NCBI GenBank assembly: GCA_028534125.1
Contig: CM052817.1
Span: 27,282,001-27,346,000 of the forward strand
From: Lama glama
Taxonomy: Eukaryota
DNA length: 64,000 nt
Direction of reading: 5' to 3'
Shown here piece after piece: positions 22,681 to 36,244 of this stretch (position 1 is the stretch's first letter; every line of letters starts with the position of its first letter). The translations under genes and the position numbers were made by a program. A model generated the notes under the pieces. The model was not told where the DNA came from and made no database searches. It worked only from the letters and a program-made list of their open reading frames with translations.

Positions 22681-24704
22681 TTCTGTAATATGATTCAACA
22701 TATGGAAAGGGGGAAAAAAAGGCAGGAGGAGGTGGTAGAGAAGGACTGGCTATTGGAATGAATTTTGAGATTTTGACCCTGTCTTTTTCTTTTCGATTCA
22801 TTAATTCCCTTAAACCATGATTCCAGTGAGTTACAAACTTTCCTTTGTTCAGTAGAGAAAATAATTTGAGAATGAAAGAATAAAATGAAATTTAGAGAAA
22901 AAAAAGATTACTTCCAATCTCTCAACAAATAGTCATTGAGTTCCTGCTCTGTCCAAGTACTAAAGTGAACATTGACTATTGAGTGTTGAAACCAACAGTT
23001 GTAGTCTTTGCCTTAGTGGATGCACAGAGTCGACGCTGTTGGGCACTGTGTATTTACTGACCCGGTGAACATAGCTGCTGTGTTTCTTTCTCTCTATTGA
23101 GGAGGGATGTTGAGTAGACCTAAGAGAATGGTGCTTTCACACGTAGCTCCCAGCAGTGGGTGAGGAGGGAGGAAGCAGAGGGAGAGGTGTGTGTGGGGCG
23201 AGCAGTGTGCAAAGTCAACTCTACAGTCATATGAAGGTAGTGAAAGATACATAGCATGGGCATTGGATTGACCCATGAAACTGGAGGGAAATCCAAAGCA
23301 ATGATGTGATAATCAACCTCTGAAACATAAAGGAACACAGGTAAGAAGTAAAAGAATAAGAGAACAAAAGTATTTATAATGATAGGAAGTAAGAGTCATT
23401 AGACTCTAAGAGTCCTCACGCCCAACTTTGAGAGTGTACAGTGAAGAAGGCTGGATTTCTTTGAGGTCATCCTCTCTTTTCAGCCTCTGGTACTGCTGTG
23501 GCTGGTAGGTGGGCTTCTCTTTGGTCTTTTTCAGAACCTGGAGCTCAAATACAAGGATATGTGTAAACTACTGATCTCCATCTGATTTTGCTGGTCTGTA
23601 GAATGTTCTGTTACTTTAATTTGATGAATCCTTTTTGTTTTTGTTTTTTTTTTTTTGGAGAACAACAGTGATCTGAAACCTGCCCCTCACACCATTCGCT
23701 CACTTTTGCCATATCTGTTTTTGAGGGGCAGTTTTAACTTCGGGTGTCTTAGAGTCCATACCTAGTGTCATCAGTGTAAATGGTGGAATGAGATAGTTAG
23801 TAATTTTTCATTCTATTTTCATCGTGGTGACTTCATTAATTCCTGGGGTCTCTGTTTTCTGGAAGCAATCATTTCTTCCACAACAGCCATCTGAGAAGAA
23901 ACCGAGCTTACGAAATGACTGGGGCTTGTTTTACATGGCTGTGTCCAGTTCCTTCTGTTTGATTTCCATGTAAGCTTTGGCAGTGATTTCCATAAGCGTT
24001 TCTGTGGGTGGTGCTGGACAATGACTTTGGTAAACAACCCCCTGGCTGTTGTTGGCTGGGTCTCTGCAAATACCATAAAGGACACAACTTGGAAAGTCAC
24101 TGAGGTTTCCCTGCCCTTCCGAGAGCTGCCCCAGCCATATTGTGGTAGGAGCAGCGGTCAGGAATTGGTCTGTGTTTGCTGGCTGCTTCTTGGCTTTTCT
24201 ATGATAGTGTGGAATTCCGACTGCATCAAGTTTCCTCTTCTCTTATTACACATCCTGAGTTTTCACTCTAGTCCTGCATTTGCTGGAGTCTTTTTTTGAT
24301 AGAATCTCATTTCATCTTCCTCATTTCTATTTCAGGGTTTCACTCCCAGAACAATTAACAAACCTTGACTCTCAACTTATTGATTTTATCCAGGCTGTTG
24401 CTGCTGCGTTTTGCTTTTAGGAATATGAACAAGCGTAGACAACTCTTAGATATAAATGAATATGGATATATATGGAGATATATATTCTATTCTATAGGTA
24501 TAAATATGTGTGTATGTGTGTATAGATGTTTTGTTTTCCTGAGAATGTTCTAATGGTAGGAAGTTTCTTCTCCCAAACTATTCAACCAAGGTAATTGAAG
24601 ATTCAAACATCTAAATATGTGAATTAAGCAGTAAAAACTCGTATAAAAAATATCCTAAGAGAAAAACAGATTTAAGTAGACTTGTGGGAAAAAACAAAAA
24701 GCAA

Positions 24705-24744
24705 AAAAGACAGAAAGACAGAAAGAAAGAAAGAAAGAAAGAAA
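24705..24744. repeat. (GACA/GAAA)n microsatellite
   Basis: Direct reading. Confidence 0.85.
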
Positions 24745-27700
24745 GGGAAATCTGATTGGCTGGCAACTGAGCATCCTTTTGTTTCCTGACTCCCTTTGTC
24801 TTTCTCTCTCTCTCTGTCTCCTTTTTTGTTGTTGTTGTTCTTAAATAGCCCATGCTACCCATTTCCTGAAGTTGACCTATTTCCCCTGTTTTTCTCTTCT
24901 TCCATTCCCATAAAACAAGTATTTTTACGATTTACTGCCACATTAGTATTTCAGTTGTATCCAGAAATCCATCCCATCTAATAATAATAGAATGTGATAG
25001 CTTATATTCTGTTATACTGTGAGCAAACTTGATCTATTTTAAGTTAGAGGAGAGTCTTTTATCAGTGCAGGATTAACCCTAAGAGAGAGAAACTTACTAT
25101 GAATTTAGATGAATTGACTTTAACACATTGAAAATAAGGACTAAATAAATGATAGAATATTCTTCACAGTATTTCTAAAGAATTAATCTGTTATGATGAT
25201 GGCAAAACTGATTCCTGTATGTAATGGTCAAGGGATTGGTTGCCTTTCAAGAAATAATTACCTGGCTTGTCTTTTTTGGTAAATAACATGTTGGTTCAAA
25301 GAAGGCTAATTGCACAGAGGTTGTGATTTGTGTGAGAGAGAATAACACATTGAACTGTGTCTAAGAGATTCAGGGGTCAATTGTGTTGGTGGGTCTAGCA
25401 CTTTCTTCCCCAACGAGGAAGGAATTTGTCCCTCAGACAACCGGTGTCCTTCAAGGCACAGAATGTCTAACTCAGCTAAAGGTACTTAGTTTTTACTATA
25501 AATATACATATTATGCATTTTAATAGAAATATGTTAACCTAGGTGCATAGCTTTAAATATAAAGTATGAAATTGGTCTGAATATGGTATTAAGACATCTT
25601 TGAACTACTGCATAGTGTTTTGTCCCTAAAAGAACTAGTACTTAAGGAAGTTGGATTTTTCCTATTTACTCAAACAAGCCAACAAGCCAGGTTTAATATA
25701 TATGACAATTAAACCATAGGTTCATTTTGTCCCAAATTGAAACTTTCTTCTTTTTCTTTGAGCCTAGGGATCAAGGCTAGCATACTGTCTAGTAGACTGA
25801 AGTTATTCTGTCATTCTGTCTGCATTATGAACATGATTAACTGGATGACATATGAAAGAACCTTGTCACAATTTTCTTTTTCTCTCCTGGTCTCAGCTCC
25901 CCTGGCAGACCTCTGAGCCCCAGATCAGAGTTATACTCTGGGGTTGTGACAGCTTGGCTAGGTTTCTGATAAAAAACACAAAGGTGTTTCTGTGTCTGCT
26001 TTTACAGGGAGCATATGGTGTGTATTTTACTCTGTGATAGGTTTTTATCACTTGGTGGACAGATGTTACTGTATCTTAAGTGAATGCTCACTCTTTCCCT
26101 CCCTCCGTCCCTTCACAGATCTTAGTTGGTTTTTTGGTTTTTCCCCACGTGGTTGACAGATTTAGGGGGCATGTCAACAAGACTACCATGGAAATAGTCC
26201 TTCTCCAGATGTTTACTTCTGCGTTTTTATCTGCAACTCAATCTTCTCACCTGTGGGCATACTTTCCCACAGCAAACAGCACGATGAACTCTTGCTACCA
26301 TAATTCTGACTCCCCATCCTTGCCCCTCCAGCCTCCTCAGCTCCAAACCTGTGATTATGCTGGATGCTTTCTGTGTTACGCTTTGGTTTGCAATGGGCCA
26401 GCTGAAAGATAAACAGCTATTAAATACATCTATGATCCTTTTGAGAACAAATAGAGCTGTTGAAAGAGCTTAAGAACATAGTGACTCCTTGAAAGATTGT
26501 CAACATTCTTGAACCCTTTGACTGAAAGTGAATTTTCTTCTGTGTGTATGTATATACTGAAACATATACATTTGTTTATATATATATAAAGAACCTCAGT
26601 AGCAAGATATTTGAAGCCCCTTTTGTGTTCTTAACCTTGCAGCGTTTTTCTTGGCAGGACTTGAAGAAAACTTAGCTGTCAGCTACTTTCTGCTGCTGTT
26701 GAGGGAAGCAGTTGGGGCCAGGAGACGCTGGGGTGGCAGGGAGGAGCCCACAGAGGAGAGAGGAGCCCGGGAGCTACTGGGGGCCAGGAGCTTACCTAGT
26801 TGTTCCACTGCATCACCCTGTCCCTATGGCCACATCTTTCTTTTCTTTTCATATTTTCTCACGTGTCTGCTCTGCTGTGAGGCTGGAACATTGGCGTCTA
26901 CCCTGGACCACACACATCTCCTATTGCCACCAGGTTCATCTCTGGACACTGGATGAGCCCTACTGCCTTTAGGATGGCTGTGCTTCCTAGGGAGCCTTGT
27001 TTTTATGTGCTGGGACAGCTGATTAAGACCCACAAATTTTGCTGTCACAGGTTCAGCTTTGTGGGACTCCCCAGCTTCCCTAAGTTACCTCTTGGGTCTT
27101 TGACCTAAACACCGGTTGCCAGGTAATGAAGATGCAGTAATTTGACTTGGTCTCTCTTCCCTCTTCTGTCTCTTGCTTCCATCCTGAAAACAGCTGCCCT
27201 GAAGTGGCAAATGCCTACAGGGACTTCAGCATCCTAGGACAGGCTCCTTTATTCCTGTGTATAACCTTAGAGTTACTGTCAATATGAGGGTGAAACAGAT
27301 TTTGTCCATCATCCTGCACTGCAGGGTGATGTGAGTTGGAACGTTAAGACCAACTTGGGGTTATTTTTAGCAAAATGAAATATTTTGATGCATATCTTGC
27401 ACCTGAAATTTTTCCCAGATTTGCTATTTCTAGCTTCTTAACAACTTCACAAAGGGGTATTGTATTTGAGTCGGAAGAGAAAAATATTTTTATTTCCTGC
27501 TCTTGACGTTTAGTGGAATTGATAAAAAGCATCAAGGCTCTTTGAGTTCTGGATCGCCCACCAAAAAAAAAAAAAAAAAACACAAAACATTATGTAAGAA
27601 AGAACTTGAGTGGCTTTTTCCTGTTTGTCACTGTGAGGGGAGAGTTACTGCGGAAACTGAGGGGCAGTCATCAGCAAGGCTGGAAAACAAAGAGCTGAGA

Positions 27701-28847
27701 AAAATCACAGCAAGAGGGATTGCGCAGCTACCATGTCATCTGGCTCTAAACTTAACACTGACCTTGACTAAGGCTTGACTTTGCCTCTCAGGTTAGTTCA
27801 AAGACTCCTTTACTCACCTGTATTCCTGAAGAGAGATTGTTGCAACTTGAATTGAAGGATGTTGGAGCTATCGTGTGTTTTATTCAATGGTCTTTAAATC
27901 AGTGAATGAGTGTCTGATAGTCTCTTACGGTTGACCAGAAAATGTTAACTTAAAACATCACAGGTTTGACTTTTTAAAAAGTTAAGCAAACACAGAGCTT
28001 ATGTGCTTAAGCAGTCGGAAGGCAAAATAATGCATTCTGTCAAGACTATCCATTTCATTTCGTACTTATTTGGTATTGTGATTTCCCTGGCCACGGTTTA
28101 GATGGCCCAACTGTTAACGTTAGTTAAATTTGCCGATATGAAGTGTTAACAGACTGAATGCTTTACAAAAAAATGAGAAGTTATTCCTACTTGGCTTACA
28201 TTTTTATTCATTCACCAAAATTTCCCAGACTTTGTCAATAGATTTCTTTGCAGACATTGGTGGTATAGTGTTATCATTGCATAGAAGACTGCTATGTAGA
28301 GTAGAAGAAAGCCCTCACTCATCTCTCTCTCTCTTTTTTTTTTTTAATTAAAAAATCCCTGGGAGACATGGTTTATGTTGTTCTGTTACACTTGTCTGTC
28401 CATGGGATGAAATCAACATGTTGATTTTTATTTGTATTTTCTTCATGCTTACTCTGAACCCTCCTCATTCAGTTTCTTTACTCCTGAGTCTCTCAGGCAC
28501 TTTGAGCATGCTGTTTCTGTGCCTGATTTACTGTTCCACTTAGCATGGCATTCCAGGCCATGGACGGGTTGCTTCCCCTTGATAGATGGTGGCACTGAAA
28601 TAGCAGTGAGCTTTAGTATAATCAGAGCTAAAATTGCTCTGCAGGGTCAGCCCCATTCTTCCTTTATTCAAGGGTGTGTTCTGTTAGCCGCAGAAATGCC
28701 GGGAGTTTCCCCTCCCCCCTCTACAAGAATTCCTTAAGGTCTTCACTATAGTATTTATACTGCCTTGTCAGTTTGGGCCTTTAATGCTGAAAGAGTCAAA
28801 GATTTGCAAATGGACTTTTCTTTGCACTTTCTCCTTCCTAATACTCT

Positions 28848-29175
28848 TTTTAAATATTTTGAGGTAATTGACATATAACATTATACAATTATACAACAAA
28901 ATGATTCAATATTTGTACACATTGCAAAATGATCACCACAGTAAGTCTAGTTAACACCCATCGTGGTTACAAAATTTGTTTCTTGTGATGAGAACTTTTA
29001 AGATATATTCTCTTAGCAACTTTCAAATATGCAATACAGTGTTGTTAACTAAAGTCACCATGCTGTGTATTACATCCCCATGGCTTATTTGTCTTATAGC
29101 TGGAAATGTGTACCTTTTGGCCCCCTTCATTCATTTCACCCACCCGTACCCCCTGCCTCTGGCAACCACCAATCA
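28848..29175 (-). mobile_element. L1 3' end (L1MA9-like, Laurasiatherian type)
   Basis: ttgaggtaattgacatataac…gatcaccacagtaagtctagttaacacc…ctcttagcaactttcaa…cctctggcaaccaccaatc. Confidence 0.85.
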
Positions 29176-29199
29176 TATTAACTTAAAGATGTTATAGAG

Positions 29200-29580
29200 A
29201 CCCAGATTTGTCTCCTAGTTGGACCACTTTCCAGCTAGATGACCTTGGACCAGTTATTTAACCTTTTCTAAGCTTCAGCTTTCTCCTCTGTAAAATGAGG
29301 ATTAACTATAGTATTGACCTCATAAGACTCTTATAAGGATTAAATGAGCAGATGCAGGTAAAATTAGAATGTGTACCTGGTAACTGATACATGCTCAGAA
29401 AAAGGTTTTGATGGTAATGGTGCTGATGCAAGTGCTAATGTCACTCACATTCTTCCTGAAACTTCTACCTTCTCACCTGTAAAATGGCATGATAAGGGTA
29501 CCTAAGTCATAGATTCATGAGGAATAAAGTATATGGATCAATGTGGTGTCTTGTCTGTCCTCTCATAAGCTCCCAATGAG
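29200..29580 (+). mobile_element. Tandem MIR fragments
   Basis: gaccttggaccagttatttaacc…cttcagctttctcctctgtaaaatgagg, with a second core ctcacctgtaaaatggc. Confidence 0.7.
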
Positions 29581-30294
29581 TGGAGGTGGAGACTTCTGCA
29601 GTTGTGTAGATTTGTTATACTTCTTTTTATCTCTACTTATACTTTAAGACATAAACCCATCCATGGGGACCTGAAACTAAACTAACCAAGTCACTCTGAG
29701 CAAGCCCATTGCTCGGTTTCTAATTCCTCGCTGTAAAATGACAGCGTTAATCTAAATGCGCCAAATAGTTTCTTCCTTTAGAGTATCTTAGCAATGATCA
29801 TTTCATCACTGAGCTCCGTTTTGAAAATAGCTGTTAATGAGAAACTCATCCAGAAGAACTTCTTTACCTTCTACCATCCAAGACCTTACTAAATTAGCCT
29901 CTTCAGTCTCTTAGTAAATTTTGTCTTATTTAAAAATCCAGGCTGTTTTGTTTATATGATTAATGACTTTATCGACTGGCCCTATCCGGAAGTGTAATTG
30001 ATCATCAGTCTATAACTCCTCAAAGCCATTCTTGTTTCTTGTGGTTATATTTTTAATCTATAAACCCTTGGCCAGTCTCACCAAGAATTAAATCCTGCTG
30101 CCTTGCAGATATACCGCATATCGAGGAATCGTATTCAGCTTTGTCCCTTTGCCAGTGGCTGTTCTCGCTTTGCTCTATCCCCCAATCCTCAGCCAGTTTT
30201 TTTTCCATGTGGAAAATAGACATGAAAAACAGATTTCCATTACAGTCTCATCACTCCTGAGGCAGGAAAACTAAGTGTGCCATGTGGTTTCAGG

Positions 30295-30470
30295 CCAACA
30301 ACATTGGACTAGAAGCCAAAAGACCTGGGTTGCGGTCCAGACTCTGCCCCCAAAGCAGAGGGACTTTGGACAGTGACCTCCTATTGCTTTAGTCCTTGGT
30401 GTGCCCATCCGTCAGATGAAAGATAGAACAGAATGAGTCCTAAGACTTTTCTACCTGTAAAAGTTTATGG
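30295..30470 (+). mobile_element. MIR/MIR3 SINE
   Basis: attggactagaagccaaaagacctgggtt…cccatccgtcagatgaa…ctaagacttttctacc. Confidence 0.6.
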
Positions 30471-30505
30471 TCCCTATCCCTTCCCATTTTGTCCCATACT
30501 GGGTA

Positions 30506-31443
30506 TTTTTTTTTTTTTTGGCTTCTTTTATTTTTGTTGTTATTGTTGAGGTATAATTGACATATAACATTATATTAGTTTCAGGTATACAACATAATGA
30601 TTGATACTTGTATATATTGCAAAAGGATCACCACAGTAAGTCTAGTTAACATCCATCACCACATGTAGTTACAGAATTTTTTTTCTTGTGATAAGAACTT
30701 TGAATATCTACTCTCTTAGCAACTTTTCAAATACTCTATATTATTAAGTATAGTCACCATGTTGTACATTATATCCCCATGACTTATTTTACAACTGGAA
30801 GTTTGAATCTTTTGACCCCTTTCACTCATTTTGCCTCCTCCTACCCCCTGCCTTTGCAACTGCCAATCTGTTCTCTGTAGCTGTGAGCTTTTTTTTTAAG
30901 AAAAATCCATATTTAAGTGAAATCATATGGTATTTGTCTTTCTCTGTCTGACTTATTTCACTTAGCATAAAGCCCTCAGGGTCCATCCATGTTGTCACAA
31001 ATGGTGAGATTTCATTCTTTTTATGGCCGAGTAATATAGCACATTTGCTTTATCCATTCATCCACTGCTGGACACTTAGGTTGTTTTCATATCTTGGTTA
31101 TTGTAAATAACACTGCAGTAAACATAGGGATGCATATATCTTTTCAAGTTAGTGTTTCATTTTCTTTGGCTAAATACCCAGAAATGAAATCACTAGCTCA
31201 TATGGTAGTTATATTTTCATTTTTTTGAGGAACCTCCATACTGTTTTCCATAGTGGCTGCACCAATTTACAATTCCACCAAGAGTGCGCAAAGGCTTCCT
31301 TTTCTCCTCATCCTCACCAACGCTTGTTATTTGTTGTTTCTTTTTTTTTGATGACAGCCATTCCAACAGGTATGAAGTGATAGCTCATTGTGGTTTTGCT
31401 TGCATTTCCCTGATGATTAGTGATGTAAAGCATCTTTTTCATA
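30506..31443 (-). mobile_element. L1 3' end with poly-T tail (same family as 28848)
   Basis: Poly-T followed by L1 3' sequence up to ttgcatttccctgatgattagtgatgtaaagcatctttttcat; degenerate TSD CATACTGGGTATT / CATACTGTTATT. Confidence 0.9.
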
Positions 31444-31449
31444 CTGTTA

Positions 31450-31920
31450 TTATTAGCTGCCACTTATTGAGTACCTACAATATGACAGACATTAATAAGT
31501 CAACATTAATTGTGCTCATTTTACACTAAGCTCTTCTTAGGAACCCAGCAAGATAGATGCAACTAGTATCCTCGTTTTATGGATGAGGAAATTGAGACAC
31601 AGGGATGTTAGGTATGTGCTCAAGGTGGTTGAGGAATCAAGCTGGAATTTGAATCCAGGAGTCTGACACCATACCCTTGCGCTTAGTCATTCTATTAAAC
31701 AACATTCCTAAGCACTTAAGTTTTTCCCTTTTCCTTCCTAAAACTACGCAAAGAAGGATAGACTAGTACCCTCATTTTATAAATGAAGAAACTAAGCACA
31801 GAGAGATTAAACATTTGGCCAAAGTAACCCAGCTAGTTAGACAAAGTAACCCAGCTGGTAGCTAGCAAGATAGAGCTGGGATTCAAGCCCAAGCCTGGCT
31901 CTTAACTACCACATTCCATG
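31450..31920 (-). mobile_element. Two MIR SINEs
   Basis: ttttatggatgaggaaattgagacacag and ttttataaatgaagaaactaagcacagagagattaa. Confidence 0.75.
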
Positions 31921-32745
31921 GCCTGAATGGGTTTCTCCCTGCTCACACAGGTACTTTAGTGATTAGTGAAAAAGCTAAGTTATGGTACATTTTTAAAAGA
32001 AGGATACTATTTTAAGCATGTAAGATAGAGGCTTTTAAGCACATGAAAGGCCAGATTTCCTTGAAGAGTAAGGTATGAATCTCTTTGAAATCAACACATT
32101 ATTTATTTGCAAATAGAGTCTTTTATTTAGTAAATTATTACAGTGTAATCTAGTTCTTATCTGATGTGTCTTCATCTCAAGTGATGTTATCTAAGTTAAT
32201 GAAACTTCACCATGTATCCAAATTGCTAAAGATGGCAGACTTCATTCCCAACATCCTCAGTGCAGCTCTAATTACTTATGTCCTCTGTTCTTCACTCTGC
32301 TGTTTAAACATCTATTTACTGTTTATCAAACCACAATTTGATAGAAACTAATTGGTTAATTTTTATTGTATGTCTGACATGTAGTAGGAGCTCAATTAAT
32401 GCTTGTAGATTGACTCAATAAGGAAAAATGATTTGATACCCTTGTCCCATTTTACTCTCCTAAGCATTAAAAAAATGAGTCTTTAACTTTCTAAAGGACT
32501 TTAACTTTCTCAAGGCCTTCTCATCTCACCATCTTTGGTTGCATCAAGTTGGAATCAATCATGCACCACTTGATCTGAAATTCTAACTAGGAGTTGACAG
32601 GAAGTGGGCAGAAATTGTTCCTTTGCTTTTTATTGTTTGTGTAAATATTAAATGTCATGGCAACAAAAAACTAACAGCCAGATGAAGAACAGAAACATAT
32701 GGGGAAGTGGAACACTATCTTGAAAAAGAGGTTATTTGAAAGAAA

Positions 32746-32815
32746 TGCTTCACTTGGCTTATCTTGATATGAGTATATTGCTTCATTTGGCTTATCTTGA
32801 TATGAATACATTGCT
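32746..32815. repeat. 33-bp tandem duplication
   Basis: TGCTTCACTTGGCTTATCTTGATATGAGTATAT / TGCTTCATTTGGCTTATCTTGATATGAATACAT, 3 mismatches. Confidence 0.9.
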
Positions 32816-33603
32816 GACATGGTTTATACTGTTCCTGAGGAAATATAAAGATATCATTAGGGGGAAAAATAAAAGCTTTGACCCTGGAAAATATCAATAT
32901 AATCAAAGAATAAGTGTTTAATTTCTATAATTGGGGTACAAACTCAACTCTTGAGTTTCCTGGCAGCCACAGTAAAAAGGAAAACATGATTAATTATTAA
33001 CGTTTTTGCTTCCATGAAACAGAGTCATATAATTTATTTTGAGAAAAAAGTCTGTTCCTAACATCTCAGTTTAGAATATAAAATCCTTTTTATAAGTCTT
33101 TCCGTATGAGACTGACTCTTTGATTCCAAACACTCAGAGTGTTTCTTCTGCCTTTCTATTTCTGTGAGAGGAAATTGATACCATTCAAGATGAGAAGCAA
33201 ATTTTTGAAGTCATGTCAGGTTAGTTGGATGATTAGATAAGAATACAGGTGGTCTGTGGGGGGAAATATATGTTTTTTCTCTCTCCAGCAGTGTCTGTAG
33301 GGTTCATGAGTTTAGTTGAACTTTGAATCATGAATATCTGTAACAGCTCTACCTTCTATTCCCAGGCTCATTAGAGCCCATGCAAAACAGTGCTTGATCC
33401 TTGAAATTTCCTGAAGGAGTCACTTGGAACAAAGCAACCCTCTTAAGGTCTGCTTTTCTTTATGCAGCTGTATCTTGAGATTAAAGGTTGCTTTTATCCA
33501 ATCAAAATGATCACTACTGAGAATCTTCCAGGGACTGTCTCTTTGGCTAGCACTGTAGCAGGAGGACACAAATGTGAGATGAAATTAGAGGGCTCATTTG
33601 GAG

Positions 33604-33882
33604 CAAGGGTCAGCAAACTACGGCCCAAACCAGCCTGCTGCCTTTTTCTCATGGCCTGCAAGCTAAACATGGGTTTTACATCTTTAAATGGTTGGAAAAA
33701 AAAATTAAAGGATAACAATGTTTTGTAACACATGAAAATTAAGTGGAATTCTAATTTCAGTGTCTATAAATAAAGTTATGCTAGAATACAGCTATGCCCA
33801 TTCATTTATGTAATATCTATGGCTACATATGGCCTACAAAGCCAAAAATACGCACCTTTAATAAAAAGTATGCCAACCCCTA
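33604..33882 (-). mobile_element. MER58B/C-like hAT-Charlie element
   Basis: TIRs caagggtcagcaaact…agtatgccaacccct; internal aaataaagttatgctagaatacagctatgcccattcattta. Confidence 0.8.
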
Positions 33883-34464
33883 CTAAGCTGGAGAAAGCAC
33901 TTCCCATGTGTTCGTGAGCTATGTGAAGAGTCCAGAAAAAGAAGAGCTGTCCTATCCAAGGGACGGGGGTTTCTATCTGTGTGCTTCACCCCTCATATCC
34001 TCATATGCTGATCTTGAAAACGTGGCATCTGCTAAGCCTGCATCAGGATCCACCTGAGAGGAAGAATGTTCCAGAAGGCTGGAATCATGAGCTTAAGGCT
34101 CAGTGTAAATACCATTGCCTTGCTCTTGAAGCCTTTACCAGCTCTTGCTCTCTTGGAATCAGTGCCTTTTCCTAGTTTCTCGTTTCTCATTCTGCTAGGC
34201 CACTTCTCACTAATTCATAAAAATGATAAAACACGAATTTTTTAGAGTTTTGTGCTATAAAATATTCAAGTTACCATCCTTCTACTTCCCCTCAGCCTGT
34301 CCTTTATTACTCCTGTTCCTTTTCTCAGGAGCTTGGAAAATAGCTTTTCCAAATATTTCTCTAAATGTTTTCTAAATATTTGGTTAGATCTGTGTGGCTT
34401 TTAGACCCAGTTTCAACAATTTGCCCTCTTGGATTCATGGACTGGGGAGCAGACTTGCTATATT

Positions 34465-34590
34465 CCATTCATTTTTGGTTTAATAAATACTTACTGAATA
34501 CCTCCTATATGCTAAATTCTGGCCTATTATCTGAATGTGTAAGGATGAAAAAACAAGGCAAAGTCCCTGACCTCAGTGAGTTCTCAAGCT
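34465..34590 (-). mobile_element. L2 3' end
   Basis: attcatt…aataaatacttactgaatacctcctatatgc…aagtccctgacctcagtgagtt. Confidence 0.65.
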
Positions 34591-34866
34591 CTCTGACATT
34601 AAGCCAGGGCAAGCCCAATCCAGCAGCCTGAGCCTGGTGAAACTGTGATGAGGTGGTTGGCTTTGCTGGTTTCCAAGCTCAAATTCAGTAAAGCCTGTTC
34701 ATTAGATGGATGGCTCCAATCCTTAGAAAGTTCTGTTTCTAAGAGCCAAAGTTTTCTTCTTGAGAGACACTAAGGATTTATATCAACGCTTCCATTCTCA
34801 CCTTCAAAGGAAATGGAACTCTTTTGCTTCCTCTTATATATGATAGAGCTTCCACTATTTCTCTTT

Positions 34867-35110
34867 GTATCAGTTAGCTATTGTTGCAGTTCAGCCTTAT
34901 AACAAATAACCCCCCAAACCTCAGGGCTGTAAAACAAGTCTGTGTTGCTCATACGTCTGGGATGGTCAGCTTGCTGGGTCTGCTGAGGTTGGTGGGGCTC
35001 TCTCCTATGTGAGGGGGTGGCCTGGCTGTCTGCCAAGGTGATGGGGGTAATCCAGTGCTGCTTTCCTTGTTTTCCTTACTCCAATTGGCTATTCTAGTCA
35101 TGTTCTCATG
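34867..35110 (-). mobile_element. MLT1 (MaLR) LTR fragment
   Basis: tgtatcagttagctattg…aacaaataacccccaaacctcagggct…catgttctcatgg. Confidence 0.65.
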
Positions 35111-35512
35111 GTACCCAATTCCTTCTGTTCCCTCTGAGACTAATTCCCAGACTACCCACCATCATGTCTGAATTTTTCTTAAAATGCACACCCATGCCTG
35201 GACAACTCTCTTCCAGGCATACTTTGACCCATTGAAAATGCAGAGGAATCATTATTTCTTATCTTCCAGACACATTGCTTCTGTTAATTGTTAATTTGAG
35301 CTCAGATGGAATTAGCTTATTTAGCAGATGAATTGCACAGTTGGCCCTCATCTCATGTCAGCCTTGAGAAAAACAAAACCTCTCTGATCTTTTTCTGTAT
35401 ATACTGTTGCCAAGTCTCATCCATCCTGTTGAACAAAATCTTTAGTCCTTGAACTGTGTCAGTTGAGTTTTGTAAAGGGTCTTTGGAATATGTGTTGAAT
35501 TAACTAGGTTGA

Positions 35513-35620
35513 CTCATTCATTCAACACATATTTCTCACGTGGCTGTGAGATGCCAGGCACTGTGCAGGGAACAGGACATTGCCATAGTCTTTACTCTGG
35601 GGACTTTATACTATAATTGC
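35513..35620 (-). mobile_element. L2 3' end
   Basis: ctcattcattcaacacatatt…atgccaggcactgtgc. Confidence 0.65.
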
Positions 35621-36244
35621 AGAAGGATAAGGTGGAGGCTGAAGATTTAACAGGCAGGATTAAAGGGCATTCTCAACTTTATAGCATCTTTTTTTTTTTT
35701 CTATGGAAACATCTCCATTCTATTTGAGAGCTCTGTGGTTGGTTAAAATTCCAGTCATTGCCATTTGATTGATATTTTGGTAAGATGTTGACACATCTAC
35801 TTGAACAAGGCATGAATAGTTAGCGGAAGTAGAAACTGTTCACAAATTTCAAAAAACAGGTTTCTGTTGAACATTATGAACTTGATTGACATCACACTCA
35901 TGGTGATGTTGATTTAGCAAGAGTTTCCTACTGTGTTCATGAAAAGCTCAAACATCCTTCCCTTGTGCCGCTTGATGGGCACATAATGTGTGAAGAATTT
36001 TAGGCAAAGGTGCGTGTTGTGAATACTTAAGCCTATCTCAGAAGAGCCTCTGTCAGTCATACTGCTGGGCATACTGCTGCACTAGAGCCAGTTAAATGCC
36101 TTCCATCGGTTCTGGGTGCCCAGTTAGTAATGCCCTCAGTCTTGCCCTGACACTAAACCTGATCTGTAAGGACTGTGAGGAAACATCACTCCTCTTCTAC
36201 TGACCCAACATTCCAGTGCAAAGAAACCTAAGCAAAGTTCTTCT

